The notes below the pieces were generated by a model. That model ran no database searches. It worked only from the letters and a program-made list of their open reading frames with translations, and was not told where the DNA came from. Shown here piece after piece: positions 29,739 to 41,913 of a stretch of DNA of 64,000 nucleotides (the first letter of the stretch is position 1; each line of letters starts with the position of its first letter). The translations under genes were made by a program, and so were the position numbers. The DNA lies in contig OZ024747.1 in assembly GCA_964016885.1 (NCBI GenBank), forward strand, positions 64,480,001-64,544,000. The letters are read 5' to 3'. This stretch comes from Eledone cirrhosa (Eukaryota).

Positions 29739-29849
29739 GTACTCTGGTGTGTTGACCTGAGGTGAATAATGTATCGGAGATCGAGTGACGCAACTTCAAG
29801 TGATTAGCGAACTCTAGACCCACCTGATCAACGAAACAATTGTCAGTAC
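29739..29849 (+). ncRNA. Mirror copy of the extended-stem-II hammerhead (core mutated to CTGGTGT)
   Basis: GTACT-CTGGTGT-GTTGA..AGGTG..CACCTGATCAAC-GAAA-CAATTG-TC-AGTAC. Confidence 0.6.
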
Positions 29850-30063
29850 TTTAAATAAAGCCCTTATTGTACAGCCAACCATGTTACTCTTCATTCTTTA
29901 ACTATTATTACTCCAAGTATAAACTGCATAGAATTTACCCCGAATTCGCTGCATAACTATGGAAGCATCTTGTTGAATCAAAAAAAGCCGTACGTTAAAA
30001 CTATCCACGGCGCAGAGCACCCACAACCTCTAACTGGATTACCTATAACGATAACTTGCTATC

Positions 30064-30106
<43 letters not shown>

Positions 30107-30311
30107 ATATTTAGAAAAGACACAGTTGTCGGTTGTTGTTGAGAAGTAACGGGGGAGGAAGACATGGGTTGCTGTTGTTGATGAAATCCTTCAACAGAAA
30201 CAGAAGCAGTAGCGGAAGTTACGGTCGTTGGTTTTTGTCGTTCAGGAACAATGGTAGAGGAAGACACGATCTTCGGGTTTTTGTTGTTCAACAGCAATGG
30301 TAGAGGCAGAC

Positions 30312-30998
30312 ATGCCACGAAACTACGTAGTCGAGGAATCTAGGAGCAGTTTAGGTATGATACATTTTATTACCAATTATATCTAAATGTTTCTTCTCTC
30401 TTCATAATGTATTTTTGACTCTGATACTGGTTCAGTCTAATTCAACCGGATTGGTCTGTCCCAGTCATTCATTGATAACATCGGTAAGGTTGGCACCATT
30501 AACTCACGGTTGGGTGTGGATGCATTCATGTATATGTGTGTGTCCGCATGTATCTGTGTGTTTCTAAATATATTGTTCATAACTCCCTCTGGTCGAGTGA
30601 TCTTTGAAGTGTGGTGACTGCTGGAAAGCTGCCATTACTCATACTTCTCGCCCCCTTCACCACCTCTTCTACGGCTTCGATATAAATACCCCCTCCGCCT
30701 CCGTGGTATTTTCTTCGGGGTTATAAGAGGCTTAGCTCTGTTTCTCGACCGTTATATCGCGTGACTATCTCCCCCTCCACCTTTTGGGATTCTTTCTCAC
30801 GTCGTGTGGGCGCGTTCTTGAAGCTAGTAAAATGAGGTATTCTCTTAATAAGTCGGCAGACCTCGCAAAGACTCTATATCTTTATGATGTATTGTTTTTG
30901 TTTATGCCAAGAAACTACGTAGTCGAGGAATCTAGGAGCAGTTTAGGTATGATACATTTTATTACCAATTATATCTAAATGTTTCTTCTCTCTTCATA

Positions 30999-31003
<5 letters not shown>
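30312..31003 (+). mobile_element. Family C element, partial tandem (period ~592 bp), ending ctcttcataat-(TA)n
   Basis: atgccaMgaaactacgtagtcgagg..ttcataatgta at 30312-30410 and 30904-31003; hammerhead with a G5A change at 30840-30929; homologous to 40212-40515. Confidence 0.85.
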
Positions 31004-31054
<51 letters not shown>

Positions 31055-31268
31055 ACGTCTGCATAATTTTCTGTGGAATGCTCAGACACTTTTATTTTAA
31101 TTTCATGAGTAACTCAAACATATATTCCTATCTCACTGTCTCTCTCGTATTGTATATAAATATATATTCATACACAGCCGTCGAATCCTGACTCGAAATA
31201 TAACCATATTCTACTACCCCAAGTATCGACCACTCTGTTGAGTAATAGTCCAATTAGTTATGAACTGG

Positions 31269-31328
<60 letters not shown>

Positions 31329-31336
<8 letters not shown>

Positions 31337-32240
31337 TAAAATAACAGATTAAAGTTTAAGCAAAGAATCGCTGCTTTCACCCTTAACGGGATCTTCTGAA
31401 ACTAACAAAGTCAATCTGTGAAGGCAGAAGTGAATATTTCAAAACACTTTGCAACCGGAAGAAGACAGGAAGACGATACTTTGGTTCGTGGAAACGCTCC
31501 CTGGCAAAGAACGGGAAAAAACGAATATAAAACGTCATTATTTGGAGCGGTGAAAAACAATTACACGCAAACACAAAACCACGTTCATGGTATAAAAGAA
31601 GTCGTAGACTAAAATTCTAACTAGGAAACCGAATGATTCTCGGCTTCAGAGTTAAGAATAAAGTAAATAAAATACAGAGGTAAATGAAATTAAATGTTAT
31701 TTACTTTATTCTTAACTCTGAAGCGGAGAATCATTCGGTTTCCTAGTTAGAATTTTAGTCTACGACTTCAGTTATACCATTTACGCGGTTTTGTCTTTGC
31801 GTGCAATTGTTCTCCACTGTCCCCATATGACGTATTATCTTCTTCGCTTTTTTCGTTCAATGCCAGAGAACGTCTCTGTGAACCACCTAGTAGAATATTA
31901 GTCTACGAATTCTTTTATACCATAAACGTGGTTCTGTCTTTGCGTGTAATTGTTTTTCACCGCTCCAAATAATGACGTATTATATTCCTTTTTTCCCGTT
32001 CTTTGCCAAGGAACATTTCCACAACCAAAGTATCGTCTTCCTGTCTTCCTCCGGTTGCAAAGTTTTTTTGCGTTCACAGATTGACTGTGTTATTTTCAGA
32101 AGATCCCGTTAAGGGTGAAAGCAGCGATTCTTTGCTTAAACTTTAATCTGTTATTTTAATAAATATTTGCTCTACGGTTCTTATATATTTGATATATATT
32201 TATCCTTATGTGTTTTAGTCTTCAAATTTATTATTATTAC
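31329..32240 (+). mobile_element. Foldback element in (TA)n: arms 31329-31670 and 31697-32166, ~75-bp tail
   Basis: Mirror of tttattaaaataacagattaaagtttaagcaaagaatcgc; the right arm has an extra diverged ~140-bp subrepeat; hammerhead-like CAGAAGA-TCCC-gttaa-GGGT-GAAA at ~32097-32120. Confidence 0.9.
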
Positions 32241-32283
32241 TATATATATATATCATAACTCGTGTGTTACACCTCTATTCTTT

Positions 32284-32370
<87 letters not shown>

Positions 32371-32430
32371 GTATGTATATATATATGTGTATTTATATAT
32401 ATGTGTATGTATGTATGTATGTATATATAT

Positions 32431-32463
<33 letters not shown>

Positions 32464-32515
32464 CATATGTATATATATGTGTATGTATATATATGAGTAT
32501 GTATAAATACATGTG

Positions 32516-32578
<63 letters not shown>

Positions 32579-33605
32579 CTCCTGTCTGCATTGTAATGCT
32601 TTTCATTTCAGTTATGACCGATCATAATTTTAAAGACTTTGACAAGCGAGTCACATCTGTATCTCTCGTACTTGTAAAGGATTGTCTAATCACTGGGAAA
32701 ACCAGAAGTATTTATGTGGAAGTTATTCAGAAATATGAATTGGTAATAAATTTTTTCCGAATTAGCTGTATTCTTATGAAAGTAAACACACCTCATTTAT
32801 CTTACAGAAAAACTCTTTTCTTCAACAGACTGCATTAATTTCTATGGTCTTCAAAGATAGAATATGGCTGCCATATTAGTGGGAATTTAGTTTACTTCGT
32901 GCAGTTGGTATCCATTATGAATATATAACTATATGTGAAAATGATTGTGACTTATAAATAGAGAGAAACTACATTAGGACAGCATCATCACTCAGCATTA
33001 TATATAGGATTATTATTGTATATGCTGGCTGCACCAATCAGCTACAATTTCGAAGACCACTTTTCTTAAAAGCAAATGCAGAATTGTTACTAATGCGTCA
33101 TAAGAATTCAATGAAATAACAAAAGTGTCTTCTTGGAAATACAATTTGTTGTTATCAATCTATGGATTAGTATAACGAGTAGTCCGTGATAATAAGTTAA
33201 TTATGTGAATGAGAAATGTAAAGGAACAGGCACCAGGGGTGTTTCACGATGTCACTTAGAAAAGTATTTTATTGTCAGTTATTAGAATTCTGGCTTATTC
33301 AGCAACATGCTCCTGCGGAAGACAAAGTGATGAAAATTACAGATCTAATCACAATGAAATTGTGCAGAATTAATGTATAAGTATTTTAATCTCGATCATC
33401 CATTAGTTGCTCAATATGCATTGATTTTTCTTTGCAACAAAAACGCACATGGATATATAATGTATGTATGTGTATGTATGCGAATGTATCGCTCTCTCAC
33501 TCTCTCTGTCTGTATGTCTCTGTGTAAATATATATATATAGAGAGAGAGATAGACCTGGATAAAGATATATGCTTACACATGTAAGTATCTGTGTAAATA
33601 AATAA

Positions 33606-33652
<47 letters not shown>

Positions 33653-33697
33653 TACAGATATATACTTACACATGTAAGTATCTGTGTAAATAAATAA

Positions 33698-33790
<93 letters not shown>

Positions 33791-33976
33791 TGGATACAGA
33801 TATATGCTTACACAGATATATATATGTGTTTGTCTATACACATCTGTGTATGTTTGATACATATATATGCGCGTGTGTGTGTGCGTACATATATGTGTGA
33901 TATATATATATATATATATATATGCATGCGCGTGTGTGTGTGTGTGTGTATGCGTGTGTGTGCGTACATATCTGTG

Positions 33977-34017
<41 letters not shown>

Positions 34018-34372
34018 TGCGTGTGTGTTTGTGTGTATGTGTATGAATATAGTAAAATGCAAAGTAGGTAAGAAGGTCCATTACAAGCAACATTTTATCT
34101 TAATTTCCTTATGAATAATGGATATGGATAATGGAGCTATGACATGCCCCTCCTCATAGGTTCTGTTCCGCGAAAAACATTGAATTTTAATCAATGATTT
34201 ATCGTTTTCTTCGTTATATTGATTGATTAATTAGCATTTTCCTGTTGAGAACATTTTTTTTTTGTAACATATGCAAAAACATAAACCTAAAGCAACTTAG
34301 TGTTGGTGTATCCGATTCTCATTTTGGCAACGATGCCAATGATTACTCTCTTTCTTTCTCTCTCTCTATCTA

Positions 34373-34417
<45 letters not shown>

Positions 34418-34424
34418 GTTATAT

Positions 34425-34684
34425 TTGGGGAGGGTCATATTGTTATAATATTGCCAGAAATAATAATACAACACACTGACTGTTTGGTTTGAGTTGGTCT
34501 TCGCTTTTGTAACTTTTATATCTCCATAGTTAATTTACCTGGCAATCAATGTTTCTCATTGATTGACCAACGTTTAAAAATACAGATATAAACATATATA
34601 TATATATAGTCTATCAAATTTGTTTCGTCACACAACTGTGATATCATCAGTGGTACTATTATGTTTCCTCCCGTTGTATCGTAA

Positions 34685-34685
<1 letters not shown>
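34425..34685 (-). mobile_element. Diverged relative of the 14880 family between (TA)n tracts
   Basis: Shared end gggagggtcat; minus strand CTGATGAT-ATCACA-gttg-TGTGAC-GAAA-CAAATTTG at 34614-34650. Confidence 0.65.
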
Positions 34686-34744
<59 letters not shown>

Positions 34745-35482
34745 AAGGCCTTAGTGGTTAGAGCGTTAGATTTACCATCATGTGGCTGTGAATTCGATTC
34801 CGGACCGCGAGGTAAATTGTATCCATGAGCATGTCAGTTTATTTCACGCTGCTCCATTAAACTACCATGGAAATACTTGCGATGTCAGTGGATCATTCTA
34901 CTTGAAATACCCATGCACATTCATAGGCGGAGTGGGACTTACAAGCGTCGATCACCGATAAAAATAGTAATTTCTGTTATACATATTGGATGGAATGTAC
35001 CTCTACAAAGCTACAGTTTCTTGTACAATCACTATGGACAACGTTTGTGACTGTCGCTAGGTTCAATATCTATTTCAACACGTGTGTTCAAATAAAACCA
35101 AAGAGCTAAAAACCAAAGATCATGTTTATTGGTAACTAGGGATATCATGAATAGCTTAAGTTCTTATTGTGTATTAATATTTTGTATATCACATGTAAAA
35201 TCCTCCTGTATTAGTAGGATATAATTATTATATCACGAGTAATTGAATCACAAAAGCTAATGCTATATGTCCTCAGCAATATTATGCTATTACATAACAA
35301 AGTAATGTAGTATACTATATGCAGCTTCTTGCTTTGAAAATGTGTTATATTTTGGATAACATCCTCTTGAACTGTATCGGCAAGTGAGACAGATTTTAAG
35401 GCGTTTTGGGTTGTGGAAGGGATGATGAATGGAATTTTGTAACTGGAGAATTGATCCCAATGCTGAGACAATAGAATAAGTT

Positions 35483-35826
35483 GTACTTAGAAAGATACAA
35501 CTGAAACTATACATATTCCATTATTGTTATTTCAACTTCATTCCATATTACATACAGTTTACTATTTATTCTCCACCTCATCGTTTCATCTATTATATGT
35601 GAGACATGCTGAAGGCTTCTTTTGTCATTAACAAATCTCGAACACTCTTTGATTTTCTCAGGACTTTATTACTGAAGCAATGACAAAAGAGCCTTCAGCA
35701 TGTCTGAAATATAATGGATGAAACGATGATGAGGTGGAGAATAAATGGTAAACTGCATGTAATATGGAATAAAATTTAAATAACAATAATGGAATATGTA
35801 TAATTTGAGTTGTACTCCTCTAGTAC
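35483..35826. repeat. Older diverged inverted repeat (~140-bp arms, 49-nt spacer)
   Basis: atacatattccattattgttattt..gacatgctgaaggc..ttttgtcatt mirrored by aatgacaaaa..gccttcagcatgtc..aaataacaataatggaatatgtat. Confidence 0.85.
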
Positions 35827-37280
35827 TAAGGTAATCGTACTAACGTCTCACAACAGTAAAGCAATCTTATAAATAGAAAATGTACTTAAGTCGGAGCAGT
35901 TAATTAAAACTTAAAATCTCACTAGCAAGTTCGTTGCTCTGCTTATCACTGGAGACACATTAAAATATAAGCAATATGTATTACATAAACAGTTCTGGCT
36001 TACTGACTTCGTGTGTAAACATTTTAATTTGAGTACGTTAATGACACAGTTGAACGTGTAAATCACTGGGCTAGGTTGTTTGCATGATTTACCTTTTCTA
36101 TATATATGCCTTGAGATTTAGCACTGTATGGTTTTGCTGACTACTTTACACGCCATCTTATGAGATGAGTGTGAAATAAATGTCAGTGATATATAATATT
36201 CGATTAATCAGCAGTTTCAGTTCTGTGAAATGCATTGGTCTTGCTTGTAACTAATTACCCACCACCGGCCAATCTAATCATTCAGAGTCTACTAAAGTAA
36301 TTGTTTCTTTAGCATAAATACCCATAATTATTCTCATGCAAGGAGGATTTCAGTAGAATAATCACAAAATAACAGTTTTGTTGACGTAATGAACGGATTA
36401 CTTCATGTTCATCTTATTTACCTTTATATATATATACATACTTGCATATTGTGTTAGACACATAATTATCCGCTTCATAATACATGCTTCAATTTAAACT
36501 ATTATTAATCGTGTTTAGATTCTCGTCTTCACATTAAACACAACTGTCTTCTCCCCATACTTCTACTTCTATACTTATGGAAAATTTAGAAACATACCAC
36601 CAATAACACTACAATAATATATCATAGCTTTCGTCTTGATAATTTCTGTACTTTATTCATTTAAAAATACAGCGGACGAGAGCCGTGGATTGCAGAATCT
36701 ACAAAGCGTAGATAAAAGGATTAGTTATGTCGTTTAAATTCTGAGTTCAAATCCCATCAGAAATCCACTTTGCTGTTCTCCCATTTGATGTTGCTACAAT
36801 AATGTACTAATCACGTATATAATCACGATATAAATGACAATCACCTCCTCTGAAAAATTATTGGCTTTTGGCCAATTATTAATCAACGTTAAACTGTCGT
36901 CTCATCTGTTAGATTACATTCTCTTTTATATATTCCACTTCCATACTTTGAAGTGGGGTAGAAGGTAAGATTTATCACACGAGTAATACCACTCCCGTCA
37001 GCGTAGCTTTCATGCATCTAATGTTTGTGAGATATATTTCATTTAAAATCTATCAATTCTACGCGTCATACAATGTCATCTTGTCTTCTCCTAAACTCCC
37101 ATATTTTAGCTGTAATCGATTTCCCAAGCACACCGTAGTTATTGATGAAGGTAAAATTAAGATACCAATCTTTCTAACGCTCTCAAATCCATCCCCCTTA
37201 CTTGGCATCTATAATTTCCTGACTCAAATAGAGTTATACATTTATTGTTCAACATTATGTAGGCTTATATATATATATAA

Positions 37281-37528
37281 GTTTATCCCGGGTTCAATCG
37301 GGGGTAACCACAGTAAGTGGTTACCCCCGATTACAGTACTCAATACATAGAGTATAAATATTTAATAAATGGATTCTACAGGACTAGAACTGTTTTATTC
37401 GGAAGCCCTGATTATTTCTCCCGAATAAAACAGTTCTAGTCCTGTTGAATCCATTTATTAAATATTTATACTCTATGTACTGAGTACCTTACTTACTGTG
37501 GTTACTCCCGATTGAACACGGGATAAAC
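37281..37528. mobile_element. Family E foldback element flanked by TA, with a nested 16-bp hairpin in the left arm
   Basis: Arms 37281-37402 and 37421-37528; spacer holds a mutated core ctgatta; nested aatcgggggtaaccac-agtaa-gtggttacccccgatt at 37296-37332. Confidence 0.9.
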
Positions 37529-38047
37529 ATATATATATATATATATATACAAAGGTTATATTTAATTTGTTGGAATTCAACAAACTTAAAAGTTTTAAAA
37601 CTGATATAAATCACTCAACAATGTGGTGGAGTAAATATTCATTATATTAATAAATGGAAACTATATTTATAAAACCATAATTATTTTATTATATATATTT
37701 CAAGGGTAACCGAGGCAAATTTTGGTGAGCTTTCATCAGATAAAATATAAAATTTGTTTCATAAATGTTGACATACCCGCCGAAGAACAACCTTGACGGT
37801 TGGAGGTTCGCTGGATAGTGGAAATATGTTATTGAGGGTGATTCAAAGTTATGTGTGAGTATGCAAATAAATGTCCGAAAAAATTGAAAAAACAACGGTT
37901 TATTTAAATGTTACTGTTGGACGAAGAGAGAGGAACAGAGAGAGAGAGAAACAAAAAAAATATATATATACACATACATATATAGATATACATATATATA
38001 TACACATACATATATAGATATACATATATATATACACATACATATAT

Positions 38048-38082
<35 letters not shown>

Positions 38083-38348
38083 AGGAGGTTATAGTTCACT
38101 TGAAGCATTGTGTAATGAGGTATAAACGTTAGAATATGTGTAATAAGGCAAAGACATGGCTTCATTGGAAATTTAGACGCTGGTCTGAGACTTTTACTTC
38201 CCTCCGAAGAAGAGATATTATCTCGAAAATTAAGGACATTTAAATAAATTCAAGGTGAAAGACGAATTCTCATCAATATCTCTCACTATTGCATTCTTTT
38301 TCTATGTCCATATCTGCATTGTCTTGGCCTTATTACACATATTCTAAC

Positions 38349-38419
<71 letters not shown>

Positions 38420-38505
38420 CACATGCATATATAGGTATACATATATATATATATAAGATAAAAACACGTGAGTGCATTAAAGTCAAACACACTCATCGCA
38501 TTATA

Positions 38506-38564
<59 letters not shown>

Positions 38565-38574
38565 TATATATATA

Positions 38575-38606
<32 letters not shown>

Positions 38607-38626
38607 CAAATGCATATATAGGTCTA

Positions 38627-38660
<34 letters not shown>

Positions 38661-38811
38661 TACATATATATATACACACATGCATATATAGGTCTACATA
38701 TATATATATATATATATACATACATATATATATATACACATGCATATATAGGTCTACATATATATATATATATATATATACATACATATATATATATACA
38801 CATGCATATAT

Positions 38812-38859
<48 letters not shown>

Positions 38860-39101
38860 ATATATATATATATACACATAGATATATACATATATATACA
38901 TATATACATATATATACACACATGCAAATATACATATATATATACACATATATATACACACATATATATAAACATATATATACACATATATATACACATA
39001 TATATATATACATATATATACACATATTTATATATACACATATTTATATATACACATACATATATATATACACATACATATATATATACATATATATATA
39101 C

Positions 39102-39142
<41 letters not shown>

Positions 39143-39657
39143 CTTATCATATACATATATATATATATACACACACACACGCACATATGATGTAAAGAGC
39201 TACATCACTGATATCAGAGGGAAATATACTAAATAAGTTAAGAGTCAGATTGATACTAATTTCATGACTACACAAAAATTCATAAAACGAATTAGACCTT
39301 TAAAGTGATTTGATCCTGGGTCTTTCATTTACAAAACTAATGTTTTCTGATTTACGTATAAGGCCAACATCTGTTTGTTTAGAGGGAAAGGGAAGTGACT
39401 CTATTAAATAAAATCCCAGTGCGTTACTGGTACTTTATTTGTCGAGTCCTTAAGGATGAAAGACTAAACTAACTACGCCGGGATATGAAATCAGAACGTA
39501 TAGCCTTTCATACTTACAGGGTCGATAAATGAAGTATATATATATACAAAAACACATAAATAGATACAGGGGTGAAACTAGTAATAACATGTGTACTGCC
39601 TCTTCGGTTCTACGTTTTTTTGTTTTCTGTTTACTGTCGCAACTTAATATATATATA

Positions 39658-39702
<45 letters not shown>

Positions 39703-39704
<2 letters not shown>

Positions 39705-39841
39705 GAGTAGGACCCCGACGGCTGACCTCAGCCGTCGGGGTCCTACTCGTTCCTATTACCCACTCTACTACCCTAAGCATTGAGTACTTTGGTGCGTTAT
39801 GGTCCACCTGGTTCCTTACCACATTTCCTTCGTTATATATA

Positions 39842-39891
<50 letters not shown>

Positions 39892-39913
39892 CATACATAC
39901 ATACATACATACA

Positions 39914-39949
<36 letters not shown>

Positions 39950-40112
39950 CATACATATATAGATACATATACACACAGTCAAGAAATAGCCGTCGAAACG
40001 GCTTGATCTCTGCCGTCGGGTTCAAACATTATCCCATTACCCACTCTACTACCCTAAGTATTGAGTACTCTGGTGCGTTAAGGTCTATCAAGTTCCTTAC
40101 CACACCTCCTTC

Positions 40113-40115
<3 letters not shown>
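39703..40115 (+). mobile_element. Two family D copies in (TA)n; the first starts with a perfect 23-bp hairpin
   Basis: acgagtaggaccccgacggctga-cc-tcagccgtcggggtcctactcgt (39703-39750); the second copy has the hammerhead-like 3' half GAAA-CGGC..GCCG-TC-GGG (~39995-40020). Confidence 0.8.
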
Positions 40116-40153
<38 letters not shown>

Positions 40154-40211
40154 GTTCATGTATATATAAATATATCTACATATATGCTTATCATATATAT
40201 ATATATATATT

Positions 40212-40510
40212 CCGCCTCCGTGGTATTTTCTTCGTGGTTATAAGAGGCTTAGCTCTGTTTCTCGACCGTTATATCGCGTGACTATCTCCCCCTCCGCCTT
40301 TTGGGATTCTTTCTCACGTCGTGTAGACGCGTTCTTGAGACTAGTAAAATGAGGTATCCTCTTGATAAGTCGGCAGACATCGCAAGGACTCTATATCTTT
40401 GATATATTGTTTTTGTTTATGCCACGAAACTACGTAGTCGAGGAATTTAGGAACAGTTTAGGTATGATACATTTTATTACTAATTATATCTAAATGTTTC
40501 TTCTCTCTTC

Positions 40511-40515
<5 letters not shown>
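40212..40515 (+). mobile_element. Family C element, 5'-truncated, in (TA)n
   Basis: Homologous to 30694-31003. Confidence 0.88.
40357..40444 (+). ncRNA. Type I hammerhead ribozyme, U3-A8 core variant with extended stem II
   Basis: TCCTC-TTGATAA-GT(C)GGCA..TGCCAC-GAAA-CTACGTAG-TC-GAGGA. Confidence 0.8.
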
Positions 40516-40546
<31 letters not shown>

Positions 40547-41681
40547 AAGCATATATGAATATAGGAATATAAGCATATAAGCATATAAGAAACGAGTCAG
40601 GACCCCGATGTCTGAGCTCCGACCGTTTCGACAGCTAGATCCGAACTCTACTACCCTAAGTATCGAGTACCCTGGTGCATTATGGTTCACCTGGTTCCTT
40701 ACCACACTTTCTTCGTTATTTATATATATATGTATATATGTGTGAGTGTATGTTTAAATATACGCTGCAAAGCATGTTGGGCAACGCGCTTGCGATGCTG
40801 TTAATACACCGCCCTAGTTACAAAGATAATTATAATATAACATTTATTACAATTTTCCAATAGCGCTGTCAATCCTTCAGTATTTATTAACCTCTGAAGT
40901 ACGGCAGCAATTAGTGATCAATTTACTAAAACCATGCCAGTATTCGGCCTTTATCAATAATCAATATTAATTGTTATATCATTTTTAAATATATACAAAT
41001 CAAATTTAAAATTATTATAATTTTCACAACTAGCATAACATTTTTAAAATGTACCAATTCCAAAATTTACATTACTAGGCTTCTTTTTCAACACGCCTAC
41101 GCGTATGTGTATATGCATATGCATACATTTATATGTATGAGTATATAAATATAAACGTGCAAACACAGATACACTTACCGACATACATTCACACAAACAC
41201 ACACACATATATTCACACACAGCGTAGCAAATGGAATAACAGACGCTGTTTTGCTATAGTCTTTTCACCATCCCCTTCCTTTTACGCACACATACATTCA
41301 CACAAACACACACACATACACAGAGTGTGTGGCGGACGGAAGTCGCTCAAATTTATATATAGATTTATATTCACGGATTTGGTTCCCCTGCACTCATCGC
41401 ATCATGCTTCATTCAAACATTAATCTGCCCACCTAAGAGATTATTGCCGGTTTTTCGTATACATTGAAAACACACGACTTGTTTGTAAAGGACAGTTGAT
41501 TGAGTAAACATTATTTAGACGTGTAAATATCATTAAAGATTAGTAAAAGCTGTGATAATACAAAGTTCATAAACTTCATAATTCTATATATTTTTTTATA
41601 CATCTTTCATTGGATAAGCGTGCGTGCTCCAAAATCGTATTTCGTATTGCTCTTTGCCAAATAAATTGATTGTGACTCTGG

Positions 41682-41913
41682 CAGACTTCCTGCCAACCTC
41701 TAAAAACCCAAACAGGGAGTACCATGTATAAAGTCTCCCAAACGGGGAGAAATGTGGCAAAATGGGGACATTTTAGATAATGAAAACTATACCCATTTTC
41801 ACAAGAGAGGACATCATCTCTCACCCACCCCAAATTGGGTTGAAGATCTGTCCCCCGAACGGAGAGAATTGACAGGTCTGCTATGGGGTCGACGGACCCC
41901 ATAGCAGACCTGT
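41682..41913. mobile_element. MITE copy 2 (hAT-like TIRs) whose right end is part of a perfect 19-bp hairpin
   Basis: Homologous to 4627-4815; acaggtctgctatggggtc-gacg-gaccccatagcagacctgt at 41872-41913. Confidence 0.65.

Larger units (their letters stand above)
28932..30065 (+). mobile_element. Foldback element in (TA)n: arms ~28932-29276 and ~29586-29904, ~300-bp spacer, ~160-bp tail
   Basis: agttaaagaatgaaga.taacatggttggctgtacaataagggc is mirrored by gcccttattgtacagccaaccatgtta.tcttcattctttaact. Confidence 0.9.

Noticed and set aside
28932-32166. Palindromes as sequencing foldback artefacts
   Set aside because: The arms carry many substitutions and indels; artefact remains possible only for the identical-arm cases (1320, 61293)
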